The notes beneath the pieces were generated by a model that ran no database searches, was not told where the DNA came from, and saw only the letters and a list, made by a program, of their open reading frames with translations. A stretch of DNA of 64,000 nt, from the NCBI GenBank assembly GCA_951406725.2, contig OX597816.1, positions 114,080,001-114,144,000 of the forward strand. Direction: 5' to 3'. Each line of letters opens with the position of its first letter. The stretch's first letter is position 1. The position numbers and the translations under genes were made by a program. This DNA comes from Octopus vulgaris (lineage: Eukaryota). Shown one piece after another: positions 12,331 to 25,064 of this stretch.

Positions 12331-15300
12331 TCCTCATCTGTCTAATTAGAATGAAGCTAGTAATAGTTCAAGAGCATGATGCAGTACTTTTATTTCATTC
12401 AGTTTCTCTTTTAAATGAATGCATTTTTTTTCTCATAGATTGACAGGTTACGAAACTAGTAATAACAAATGGTGTAATATAAACAGCAGTTTTGCTACAC
12501 AACAAATGTCACTAGTTTATGTTTTTATGCTTCAACAAACCTCTTGACATCATAAATGGCTTATTGCATATTAAAGTTTGCAGTTGATACATGGGCTGGT
12601 TTCACAAATTTCGCAATATTTTTCACATAATACCTTAGGAAAAAGTGAAGTAAAACTTATTCATAGGTCAGTTATAATTAAACTTTGGTTTTGAACTTTG
12701 AAAAAGAATAGCATTCACATTAAGTAGAATGGATTATAGCTATTTCAGATCATCGTAGTTTTACTAATATGAGATGGTTATGAAATTAAAATATCAGTAA
12801 ACAGATTATAGATACACAATATAATCAACTAATTGATTATAATAGCATGTATTTTAAATGACTACAAAAAGAAAAAAAACCTCAATCATCTTAAAACAAT
12901 ATGTAATTCTAATCATCCATGTCAATATACTTTCTTAAAAGGTAAATAAAAATTATGCTTTCTTAATAATATCAAATTCTATATCTGCATGGAACACCCT
13001 TCACAATTCATGTAGTTTATCGTATTTAGGCAACTAATTTCTTCAAGCTGTTTCCATTTATTGTATAGGAAAAGTGCTATAATGTTCAAGCAGGAATCTT
13101 ACTTATTATACATCTTGTAGCAATAGTCTTTTAAGGTTTGGTTACTATCCCAGCTCTTGAGATAACTATAGTGTTTACTTTAATTATACTACATTTGTAT
13201 TCAAGTAGTTTGTAAATTATACTTGTCCACATCTGTAATTGACTAAAGAATTTTTGTAGATAACCAACAATGTAATCATGTGTGTTTAATGGTTTTGCAA
13301 TGTTGCACATTATATATATATATACACACACACACACATGCGTGTGTGTGAGTGTGTGTGCTTGAGTGTGTGTATATATTCATGAGAACTGATATATTTT
13401 GGTTTCTAGAGATACATTCTGTGTATATGTGTGTGCATGTAAGTATATAGTCTTATAAAGCTTAATACATTTTACAATGATATGGAGATGGGCAGTAAAA
13501 CCTTTTTATTTTCACTCATTAAATACACTAAACTGCCATAAAATATGATTTATTTCTGCAGTTTTGATTAGCTCTTACTTTTTTTGTGTCATAAATAAAA
13601 TACTTCACTTATGGGACAAATATGACACCTACTGAAAATGGGGATCAGATTGAAAAATATTTTAAAAAAAGACATAGGCTTAAAGTAGTTTACTAATTTC
13701 TTTTTTGTTTTTATTTATTCTTTGTAACAAAAGCATATATACAGTAAGCAAAGACATTACAATAAAACCACCAACAGCAAATAAGAGATTTGGAAATATG
13801 AATCAGGGAATATAATTTTGAGTTTTTGCTATTTTGTGCAATTACTGAGGATCAAGTTGAAGGTGGAGATTTCACATGATCCATTTGACAGTAACACATA
13901 GAGAGCCAAGCATGTGCATATTAGGTAAGTTAACTGCAGACAAAAATGACTTAAGCACCAAAGATATTTTACTTCACTCAGTTAAAGGAAATAGCTTTCC
14001 TTTAGTTTGTAATGTTGTTATTGGTTGGTTCATATATCACCTTATCAAATATAGTATAATGTTAATAATAACAGTGGAGAGTATTGACTACCAATGGAGG
14101 AAGGAATATCTGATGAAAGAACCAATCAATAATTATAAATACAACATGTCTTGGCTTAACTATTTTACCACAAAATTTATATCGTGGCAATTTCTTTGAT
14201 AGCAAGAACCCATTTCATATCAAGTATTTTAAAATCTTAAATGTGCTTGTTTCTGTATGTATGTGTGTATGCATGTGTGCACGCATATGTATAACATAAT
14301 ATGTTTGTAACTAATTGAAGTAAAACAATGATAACTAGTTAAATTAGAATGATTTTTGTTGGTAATTAATTCAATGGTGTTCATAACCAAAAGTTAATAC
14401 AAGTTGACCAGTGTCTAGTTTTGTTGCTATTATGAGGTTGATTTTGGTTAGCTTAGATGAAAAAGAAAAATATTGTTAGAATTATGTATATATCTCAATC
14501 TGTTTTGTAAAGTCTTTATTGATAGTTTTATACTAAAACATCACCATATTTTCTATTAAAAATAATATTTTTGAAGTTTAAAATTCTCTTAACCTAAATA
14601 ATAGATGATGTTTCTGTATGGAGCATGTATGTTCACACACTTGCAGACAGTACCAAAAAAGATAAGTAAATAAATAAAAAAAAAAAATAGCAGGCTCTCC
14701 AGAGATGTACAAGAAATCAATGACTATTTTTTTAAGTTTTAGGACTTTTCCACTTGCGAAAGTATATGTTTAGTACAAACCAATATACTTAATATATAAA
14801 TATGAATAGAAAGTTCAACTGTTGTACTAGGGCTTGACCTAAGAAGCTTGACAGCATTTAAATTAAAGCAAGATTTTGTCATTAAAATAAATTATATAAT
14901 TATATATATATATATATGCAACATAGTTGCAATATATCTATTATCAGTGTAATACTGTTGAATCCGCAATCAGCCCACTGCCTTTTAATATATAACAGAT
15001 GTCATTTAGAAAGATTATCTGCATTTTAATTCCTATATTCTGAAAAAGATTTCTAATGCTTATTTATTTTCCTTTCCTTGTGAAGCACATTTTCTTTTAA
15101 AGAAAATTAACAATAGTAATAATGACGATGATGATGATGATGATTATGATGATGATGCTAATGGTAATAAGTTTTAAAAAATCCCTTCCAATAACAACTC
15201 AATATTAAACAATTAAATTTCAATAGCATCAAACCAAGAAGATGTCCAAATATATTTAACGTTTTGTGCTTTTTTTTCCTTGTTTTTGTCATTTAAATGT

Positions 15301-18300
15301 GAATTTCAGATTTTTTTTTATACATAATATACAGTTTGGCATCTATGAAACCATATTATGACAAAAAATATTGAAAATATAATTTCATATATTTACATGT
15401 TTTAGTTGGCTAAAACTATTTTGCACATCTAAATAACTGAAAACTTATAAAAATGAATGGAAATTGATACCTGGAAGCCATGTTTAGCTATTCTCTCATA
15501 AATAGTATCTATTAGGAAAGATAAGGAAAAAGTAACAATTGGCTATTCTATACTTTCTTATGTAGTTGGAAAGAAGGTGTCGTTGAGAGGTCATTCTTTA
15601 ATCTTTCCACAGAGCGAAAAATAAAAATAAATAAGTAAATACATAATTTAAATAAAAATAAAAGTACATTTTTTACAAATCAGATTTTCTTTGGTTTTGA
15701 ACAGAAAATTTTGGTTCTAATCTAATTATTTAAAGAATCCAGAAATTAAATTGAAAGAAACCTATGAAATTCTAAAAACATTATAAGGGAATAGTAAACT
15801 TCAACAGAGGAATATTGTAAATGTTATACTTGATATGTATTGCTTTCTTTGTTTATGGTGGGTGTATGGATAACTGTAAATTTAATAGTAGTGAAGAATG
15901 AATATGAAGTTATTAACTCTAATTTCATTTATTTTTTTCCCCAGGTTCCAAAGGACTATTGTGATCATCATACAATTAAATTCTCATACACTTCTTTTTT
16001 ACAAAAAGGAGTGTATGAAATTTTAAGTGTATGAGGATCACAAAAATATCTAAGGAAGAAAACCCTAAAATATAGGTTTAACATTACTTACTATTATTAT
16101 GACCACTACAAAGAAAGCACTTTCCTCTCTACTTTCTATTCTTTTCCTGGCAATAATTTATTCTGGGATTCTATATTACCCTTAAATGTTTTTAAATAAA
16201 CTAGTTTACAGGAAAAATAGGTTTCAATTTTCATCAGTTTAGGGAAGGAAAACTTAACGATGATGAACACTATTTTTATATGTCAGAATAATAATCTATT
16301 TCTTTATTATTAACTGAGTAGAAACATCTGGAAGTTGATTATCTGTACATCTGTAACTCTTGTCCCTATGTAAACCAAAAGTATGATGAAAAATGGTTAT
16401 GCTTCAATCAGTTTCAAGCTGCAAAGTAAATATGATAAAATGCTATATATAAAAAAAAGAACAGAAACAAGAAAATTTTCAAATGTTACTATTATTTGGT
16501 TGCCCAATGACATGATGGCAAACTTGAAAGTGCATTATTTAACTTAAATTTCTGTTAGGTTCAAATCAACTCTCTTTGTACCAAAATTAAACTGGATAAG
16601 TTGTTGGACTATATGAAAGCAAAGATATCAATATTTAATATCATTTGCAATGTTTCCTACTGCAATATTACTTAAGAAAAAACTAATTTAAAATTAAGCT
16701 TGTGTAAATTAGAAAGAAAATCTGGTTACCATCAAATTTTGAAGTCCAAAATTCAATTTTTTACAACCAAAAACATTAATTTTGCCCCCTTTTTTTAAGT
16801 TAATACAAATGAACTACATAAATATATTCATTAGAGCTTCTGATCTACAATGATTTAATTTCTAATAATTATAGAAATCAGTATGTTCAAAAATATCCTT
16901 TATTGAAGAATCTATGTTTATAACTGAAATCATTTTGCTAAGTAAATTGTTTGATTGCTCCACTTTTTGAATATGATAAAGACTAAGACATCTTATACAA
17001 AATGTAGATAGAAAAAGAAATAACCAAGTGCCACACATTGTCCATGTGTTGCAGCAACACCTTATCATCCTAACCAACTATATACTGCATAATTTGTGCT
17101 AAATATTTGAAGCTTTGTGTAATAAGCATGCCTAATAAATATGCACCAAAACTATGATTGTTGAGTTTCAGTTGACTTATAAACACAATTCTTAAAAATA
17201 AAAAGAAAGCAATTAAAAGTGGAGGACAGACTTGACAGTGTTTGACATTCTTGCAGTTAGTTTGTTTTATCAAGAAAATGATGTTTATTAAACACTGCCA
17301 CTTGTAGTGGAGGAGAGTTAATTGATAATTTAACTTATGTAATTTTTCTATTATTTACTTGAGGAACAAATTCAATAAGCTGTAGCATTGTTTTTTTTTT
17401 ATTACAAATAACTCCATGGTGATGGCTGTCCATAATTCTTACTGTTCAGCATAATTTTATCTGAATCCTCAAATATAGCTGTCTCTTAAGAAAAATAATA
17501 CAAACAATATCCAGTATAATAAGACTTAAATCCAAAACAATTTTCAAAAATTTATGTCAGTAATTATACATTTATTTCATAAGAAATATTTTAGCACAGG
17601 ACTTGGCAGATTGTTACAGTTTCTATATATGCACACATCAGTATAACAACCAGATTTTTGTTTTAAAAAAGGAAGAAAAAAAAAGAAAACATTAAGGATG
17701 GTTGCTTCTTTGGTTTTTCTTTTTTTTATTTTGCTGCCTCATAGAGAGGAGAGAAATGCTGAGCTTGATTCCCAGCCAGATATAAGATGGGACTTTTTGA
17801 ATTTTAGATTAGATAAAATAATTACCATAAAAGAAATTTACTAGACTTTTAAAATATTTTATTTGTTGGTAGAACTACAATATAACTTAAATGGTTGTGT
17901 TGTGTAAAGAGCTTACTATTTGTCACATTATTCAGGGGTTCATAAAGTTCAGACAACAAAGGATTTTCAAACAGGCGTTTCAGTACTTTGAGATTAAAAG
18001 ACATTTAGCTATTCCCAAAGAAAGTAGGAAGGTGGAGGGACAATGAAAAATAGTCAAAAAAGATTGATTGCAAGGAGGGAGAAGAAAGGATGTAAAACTT
18101 TGATGAATAAAAACAACATAAATTATCCTAGAGGCTCAATCAAATTTACAGCAGTTTAGAATAACTCTGCATCGGCAGAGTGGGATTCAATCTGAATTTT
18201 TATAGTTCTTTAAACAGCAGAAAATTCGGCAAGTTAATGTTTTAGAAAAGTTATTGTCCCTTTTGAATATATTTACTTGACCTTCCAAAAAGAACTTTAA

Positions 18301-21300
18301 ATTAGAAGACATAGATAAAATAAGTCATAATCAGTACTTCTGACCAATTTATCTACTGACCTTATAATCTAGGATCATCTGTATAATGTCTAAAAAGCTT
18401 TAGTGCATGTGTTACACCAGAGAGACTGATCTGTTATGTCAAATGATACAACTAAGGAAACAATAAAATCTTAGTTATTCAGCTTATTTTATTTTTTAAA
18501 CTAATATAAGTAAAGTACATACCTTTTGAAAGTTAGTACTAATTAATTATGATATTTCAAGACTATCCAGAGATTAAGCAAATCACTGTTTGAGAGAGAA
18601 CCATAATATGTATAATACTATGGATGTGAGGTATTTAGTCCAACTAAGCAGCAATCAAGTATATTCACTCTCTCTGGTGTTGTTATCATGACAAATATGT
18701 ATTAGGATAGGTGGCTAAAAGACATGTTTTACAACTATATTTAAAACATTGGTCATACAAATAGGACTGCCACTTGTGAGTATGGTAGTGGTGGCTTAAT
18801 CAAGAACATTGGGCACTAGGTAGATCTACCTAGAGATCTTGCCCCATATATTGTTTGAATGGAAATTGGCTAAGTGTGTGTGTGTGTGTTGGGTGTGTGT
18901 TAGAAAACAAAAGTAGTAAATAATTAAAAAAAAAATAATGACATTCCAGTAGTCCCAACATAAACATCTAGAGCTCAACAGTTGAAGGTTGTAGCAAGAA
19001 TACCTACCAAATGTACACAGATAACTAGTATAAAACAACAATTTGTACACAATAAATATGACAGTAAAACAGTGTGATACAAAGATGTATCATTAGATGT
19101 ACAATGTAGACATATGTCATGAAAACCAAATGCAGGATAACAACACTGTGATTATGAATAACTTGTTTCGATTGAGTTGTTATGCCTGGTGGTGGTCAGT
19201 CGTTGAGCTGTCTGTTAGATTGTGAAATGAGGATGAGAATGATGACAATGATGACGATGATGATGAGAATGATGATGATTATGATGATGATGATTATAAT
19301 GATGGTGGTGGTTACTTACTACTTACTAGCTGTTTAATGTTTAGCCAGCAGCAGCACCTGCAAGACTCTAAATATATTTCGTATTACCAAGTACCATCTT
19401 GTACACATAGAAACAGGGTGCTGTGGCAATAATGATGAAGTGGATAACTAACTTACCTAGCATTCAACATTAGAAAGTTTACGCTCTCGGCATACAATGG
19501 GGATCAGTGCAATGAAAAAATAAATAAGTAACACACAAACACACAAGCATTTATATCAATTATTTTCATGTGAGCAGTTTGGTTCATAAATGGTCCTTCA
19601 GTTTTAGTTTCTATCTGAGTTTATATGAAATTGAATACATATGTGAATGTATGTAAACATGATACTCATTTATCCAGGAAAATAAATGTTTTCTTAAAAA
19701 TGTGTGTATAGATAGGTATATACAATATGTATGTGCATATGTACAAATACACACACACACATTCTTATCTATACATTAAAATCTTTTATGCAAGGGCTTA
19801 TATTAATAATGTTTATGGTCAGATTTTATTGGTCATTGAACTTGGGCTTATTTCAATGAAGATATAATAATAATTCTAATTTTTAAAAAAAATGAAGTGG
19901 CAGTGATAATAGAGTTGTATTTTCATTCTTATATGAAATAACATGGTAATATAATAATTGCTAATGTTTTCATAATTAACAACTGGCCATATATTTTTAA
20001 ACAGAAACTGTGAATATAAACTGCTTTGCTTCTTATGCAATTATTAAACTAAATATCTAACATTTAATGTCTATAAGCGGAATTGCAACTATAAAGGACC
20101 TAACTACAAAGCAACCAAAATAAACAATTTTTAAATAAAACAAAAATGGTAAATTATTCATATTTTTAACCTTGACCATTATAGAATTTAATATGTAAAT
20201 CAAAAAGTTTTAAAACTATGAGTGATAAACTTAGTTGTCTTTGTATAGTTTTAAACTGATAATTAATGTTTTAAGAGTTTAAGAAAAGTAAACCAAATAC
20301 AATATTTAGTCAATTTGTGATGAGCATTAACCACCTGAGTGAGTAATGGTTATAGTTACTATTGTTGATACAAAAGACCCGATATGTTTTGTAAATCAAA
20401 ATATTTGTTACAAAGCATATGAGATGTCTACCAGAAATTTGCAGACTGAGTGAATGAAGACAATATTACTAATTTAATAAAACTAAAAGAATTAGGTCTA
20501 TCATGAGTATAGAATATTTAGGAACTCTTTTAATTAAACACTAAGTAATTAATAAACATACAATTTATACGGTAATTTTTATTGGGCTTTTAAATCATTA
20601 TTATAAAAATATGAAAATATTTACATTATTTTAAGAGTAAAATGTTACCATAATATTTAAATACAATAAAAAATGAAATAGTGAATGACACACAAAAAGG
20701 AATTAGATTTATGAAAATCAGAGCAGTTTCCATTTAGTAACAACTAGGTTCAACATAGAAAAATTTCTTAGATATCTTAAATTAATAAAAATTTTAAGTA
20801 GATGACACAAACATAAGTTAAATAATATTATATTGACAACAACTGAAAAGTATTGAGTGACACTGACACTGAATCACAAAATTCTGCATCCATCATTATT
20901 CTGCCAAATGTAAATTTGTATCTTTTGTAAAATGTACATGTTCTAATGCATGAAAGTAATTTATTTTATTCAAAATTCTAGTTAATTTATTAATATCTAA
21001 ATCAGATTTAAACTCTGAAATAGTACAAAGAAGCTTGAAATTAATTTGAATTCTTATTAGTATGGACTCACACTAACTCAGAATGCAAAACTAATCAATT
21101 TTAATCGTAATGGTTTTAAAGCAATATTTTCATATCATACTAATTAATTTTATAATAGTCTAATACAAACAAAAAGTAAGCAGTAAATATGTTTATTGTA
21201 TAATCTAAATTAAAACCTGTGTTAAAAGTAAAAAGACATTTTTGGAAAAGTGAATATCACTTTAAAAAAATCTGAACTGGTCCCAGGCAATCTCAAAATT

Positions 21301-23304
21301 AGCATCACATTTTACATTTCAGCTTACTTGTAAATATCTTAATAATTATTTTCTAAAACCAAAATATGCTTTGATGCTAATCATTTCTATAATTGCATCA
21401 GATTTAGATGGTCTTTTTTTGTGGTTTGTAGTTTCTTGAAAGCAACAAACTTATCCATTTCCTTATACTATTAAATTATTATTGAAATAATTTTAATATT
21501 TTAGAACCAGGCTGTGTGCCTAGAGTAGAAAGAGTATTATTTTAGAACTAGTTTTAGCTTCATTTTGTTTGTTCAAATATATAAGTGAATTATTCTGTGT
21601 AGATGTGGAAAATAAAATTTGAATGAATGTTTTCCCATTCCTATCAAAATACTATAAAATCCAATGAAAAATGCTGGAAACAGTATTTGGCTTGGTTACT
21701 TTATAAAATCTGACCAACAACTTATCAATGCCTCATTTAATAAATACTGCAAATTTTTAAAAATATCAATCAAATCCTTAATTTTCTTAGGAAAATTTTA
21801 TCTTTCCCATATTCAAATTGGAAGAGGTGAAAAAAAAAAATGATAGCCTCAAATTTTTATCAGATAAAATATTGGTGATTTCAGGACCAGAACATTCTCT
21901 CCATTGTCTGCTCCTCTCCTAAAGGCATGAAAGGTTTAATGAATGATAAGCTTTATCAAACCTGAACCACCTTTTAAAGTAAATATCTTAAGTCTCTAGA
22001 GTGGGAATAATCATTTTTAGATAGATATTTTCTACTTATATTTCTTGACCTTTTTGTTCAAGATTTCAAATTATAAACAATTGATGAAACAAGCATCAAA
22101 AATTTATATTGGAAAATTTAGTGTCTGAAACAAAACTGATTTTCAAAACAAAAATTTAATCTCTAAGTTAAATTTTAAAGGGTGAAAATTTAAAAACCAC
22201 CTTTAATTTATAAAAAAAAGAAATGAAAATTAGTTTTAAATGCAATATCAGGTTTGTTTCATAATACGTTTAAGCTTATTTACCTCTGCAGGGAGAGATA
22301 ATTTATGTGAATGATATAATGAACAGGTTTGAAAAGTGAACCATCTTAAAAATTTTGGAAATAAAGAAAGTGTATTGAAGAGGTAACAGCTAGATATGAT
22401 AAGTGATGTTCCAACCAGACACCATTTCAACTACTAGCTGAAACCCTTCTTGTTTGTGAAAATACGTATGAAAGACCATACATATAGTATTTCACTGAAA
22501 TAGTACATGAAACTCAAGTATGGAACATCTATTTGTGTTCAATTAGAGAGACATACACTCACACATACATACACTATATTCTAAATGACACACTGAATTG
22601 GGTTGTGATATGTTGAAATCAGGCGGTGTGTTGTTAAAAAATATAAATAACTAAAAGATGACCTGTAACAAAACAACACTAAAACAAAAACAAAATAAAG
22701 AAAAAAACAGTCATCACAGAAGAATAAATATTAAACATTGTGAATGCAGGATTATTCATCATCTCCTCTTGTCATACATGTGCTGCTGGGATAAACTTCT
22801 GGCTTGTTTGCAATATCTTTTCTTTTTCTGGCATTGTATTTATAATTCTTTTTGTAAAACTTTTTAAATGAAAGACCGGCGCCATTTCTCCATTATAATA
22901 TAGAAAATCCTATAAGGATTTTGATGTGAACAGTAGTAGTAGTGGTGAATTGATAGTATTAATAATAATTGTAAATATATTAAAGGGGTTTTGGCCAGCA
23001 AGTTTTTAAATTTCAGATAAATATCCCCAAACTTCTTTCTCATATAACAATTGATCTTTTAAGTTTATAATTCTCAAAAACCTTTTTGTTGTTACACCAT
23101 TATTTTCTTTTTACAATCAAACTCATCATCATGTTTAAGTATTTTTGATATTATATATATATACATACATACATATATATAATATTTTTAAAGTAATTCA
23201 AAATGTTTCTTGTTTTTTTTTCCATTTTTGTTCATATTTTTCCAATGACAAGGCCTTGGCAGTCCTCACAGAATTTCACAGAAATTTCTAAGAGCCTTTT
23301 TGAA

Positions 23305-24255
23305 TCATGTTAGTCTTGAACCTCCACCGGAACAGGTTGGTGTAAATGATGGCATCTGTTGAGATGCATAGTTTTTTATATGTTGTAAACTGAGCAGGCT
23401 ATTAGCAAGCATACTGTCTCTTGAAGACATACCCACATTCAAATTCCTTTCTGGAGGGTCAGATTTACGAAATCCTAAGGGATCATAAGGAAAATAACGT
23501 GGAGAAGTCATTGATGAAATATGGGGCAAAGGGGAATTTAAACTATTGGCTCCTAAACTTGAGCCATATGGGTATGTGGAAGCTGTCGTGCTGCTGGGTA
23601 CAGGACTGCCAAATTGGTGGGGAATCGGCATGAAGGCTGAAGAAACTTTCCCACAAGAACCTGTAGAGTTATCAGGCTGTCGATCTGATCTTCCATATTC
23701 TTCACTGGAATGGTCTGGCTCTTGCTTGATAACAGGACGAGGAGAAATTTTATTGGAGCTGTCCTGTGAATGTTTGGCCATATGTCTTGTTAAATAAGTC
23801 TCTTGAGTATAGGATTTTCCACATATGCGACATATGTGTGTTTTTAAATGTTTTGTGTCCGAATGTTTCGGGATATGCTCCCGCAGACTTGCCTCGTCAG
23901 CGTAACATTTATAGCAGGAATTGCAGCGGTATGGCTTGTCAGTCATGTGAGAGCGTGAGTGTGACTGCAGGTTGGAGAGCTGTGAGAATGCCTTGCCACA
24001 TCCCGGGTGTAAGCATTTATATGGCTTCTCCCCAGTGTGGGTGCGGATATGTTGTTGCAGATGGGACAGCTGAGTGAACTTACGCTCACAGATCTCACAG
24101 CGGTATGGCTTGATGCCTGAGTGGATACGCGCATGCTGAGACAAATATGATGAGTTGGCAAAGCACTTCAAACATGTGGGACACTTGTACGGCTTCGGAT
24201 CCTGCTTGTGTATTTGTTGGCAGTGGATCAGCATGTCCGATTTGGTTGTAAACAC
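23305..24255 (-). CDS. rn: Terminal coding exon of a C2H2 zinc-finger transcription factor, rotund/squeeze/LIN-29/ZNF362-ZNF384 family (second half of finger 1, fingers 2-6, C-terminal tail)
   Basis: Translation has the family-diagnostic fingers KPYKCxxCxKxFANSSYLSQHxRIH, KFTQLSHLQQHIRTHTGEKPYKC, AFSQLSNLQSHSR, CNSCYKC...HIPKH and KHLKTHICxxCGKSYTQETYL. Acceptor ttttatttttttgtctcacttAG precedes GTG at 24255 (the ORF 'M' is really V). Stop TGA at 23305-23307. The symbol is by family similarity only. Confidence 0.95.
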   Translation of the reverse strand: MFTTKSDMLIHCQQIHKQDPKPYKCPTCLKCFANSSYLSQHARIHSGIKPYRCEICERKFTQLSHLQQHIRTHTGEKPYKCLHPGCGKAFSQLSNLQSHSRSHMTDKPYRCNSCYKCYADEASLREHIPKHSDTKHLKTHICRICGKSYTQETYLTRHMAKHSQDSSNKISPRPVIKQEPDHSSEEYGRSDRQPDNSTGSCGKVSSAFMPIPHQFGSPVPSSTTASTYPYGSSLGANSLNSPLPHISSMTSPRYFPYDPLGFRKSDPPERNLNVGMSSRDSMLANSLLSLQHIKNYASQQMPSFTPTCSGGGSRLT

Positions 24256-24961
24256 CTAAGTGAGACAAAAAAATAAAATTCACCTGTTAGTGACATTCTT
24301 ATTTTTACACGGAAGAATAATTAAACCAAGAAAAAGCTGCTGGCATTTGAATGATATATATATATATAAAAAAAGAGAACAAAAAAAAAAGTTTGGTGCC
24401 TTTGCTGGAGGCAGAGGAAACAGAAAAGAAGGTTGACATTACCAATTTGATTGGTTGGATTTTGAAAGTGTGACCTTTTCTGGTGTTTTCAGAACAAATG
24501 TGTAATTCCGTTGGACATAGCTGCCTTTTGTAAATACCCTGTTCCATTGATGCCATACAAATGATTGTACCCAAAATGTGGCAAGGCATTCCCACAGTTT
24601 TCTAGCCTGCAGTTACCCTCACACTTTCTCAACAGTAGACAACTTATAGAACCATACTTTGAAGCTGCAATAATTGCTGCAATGCTATGTTGACATGATT
24701 CATAATCAAGGAAGGATGAAAAATGTTTTCCATACAAGTAAATTTTGTATAATCCAGTTTGACACTTTGGGATTAGATTAGAATTTTGCTTCTATTTTTC
24801 ACATAGTTCCCTAATGTCATGATTGATTCTCAGTTTTTGTATGGAAATTGATTGATGTTTTGATGATGCCTACAAGCTGAGATTTAATATATGTAATTCT
24901 TAATTTGGAAATGGTGCCAGTTGAATAATTTCCTTGATTTATTAAATTTTATTCATATTTT

Positions 24962-24973
24962 AAATTTATATGC

Positions 24974-25010
<37 letters not shown>

Positions 25011-25064
25011 TACACACACATATACATACATGCATATACATACATATATGTATATATATATATA
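24962..25064. repeat. (TA)n/(CA)n/(TACA)n compound microsatellite
   Basis: Seen directly. Confidence 0.95.

Noticed and set aside
22380-22385. let-7 6-mer seed match (UACCUC) in the putative 3' UTR
   Set aside because: A single 6-mer is expected by chance in several kb.
23421-24283. Overlapping ORFs on both strands of the zinc-finger exon
   Set aside because: Shadow frames of a GC-richer real exon.
24305-24737. Minus-strand ORFs just upstream of the last exon
   Set aside because: Intronic, with no motifs and no compatible splice sites identified.
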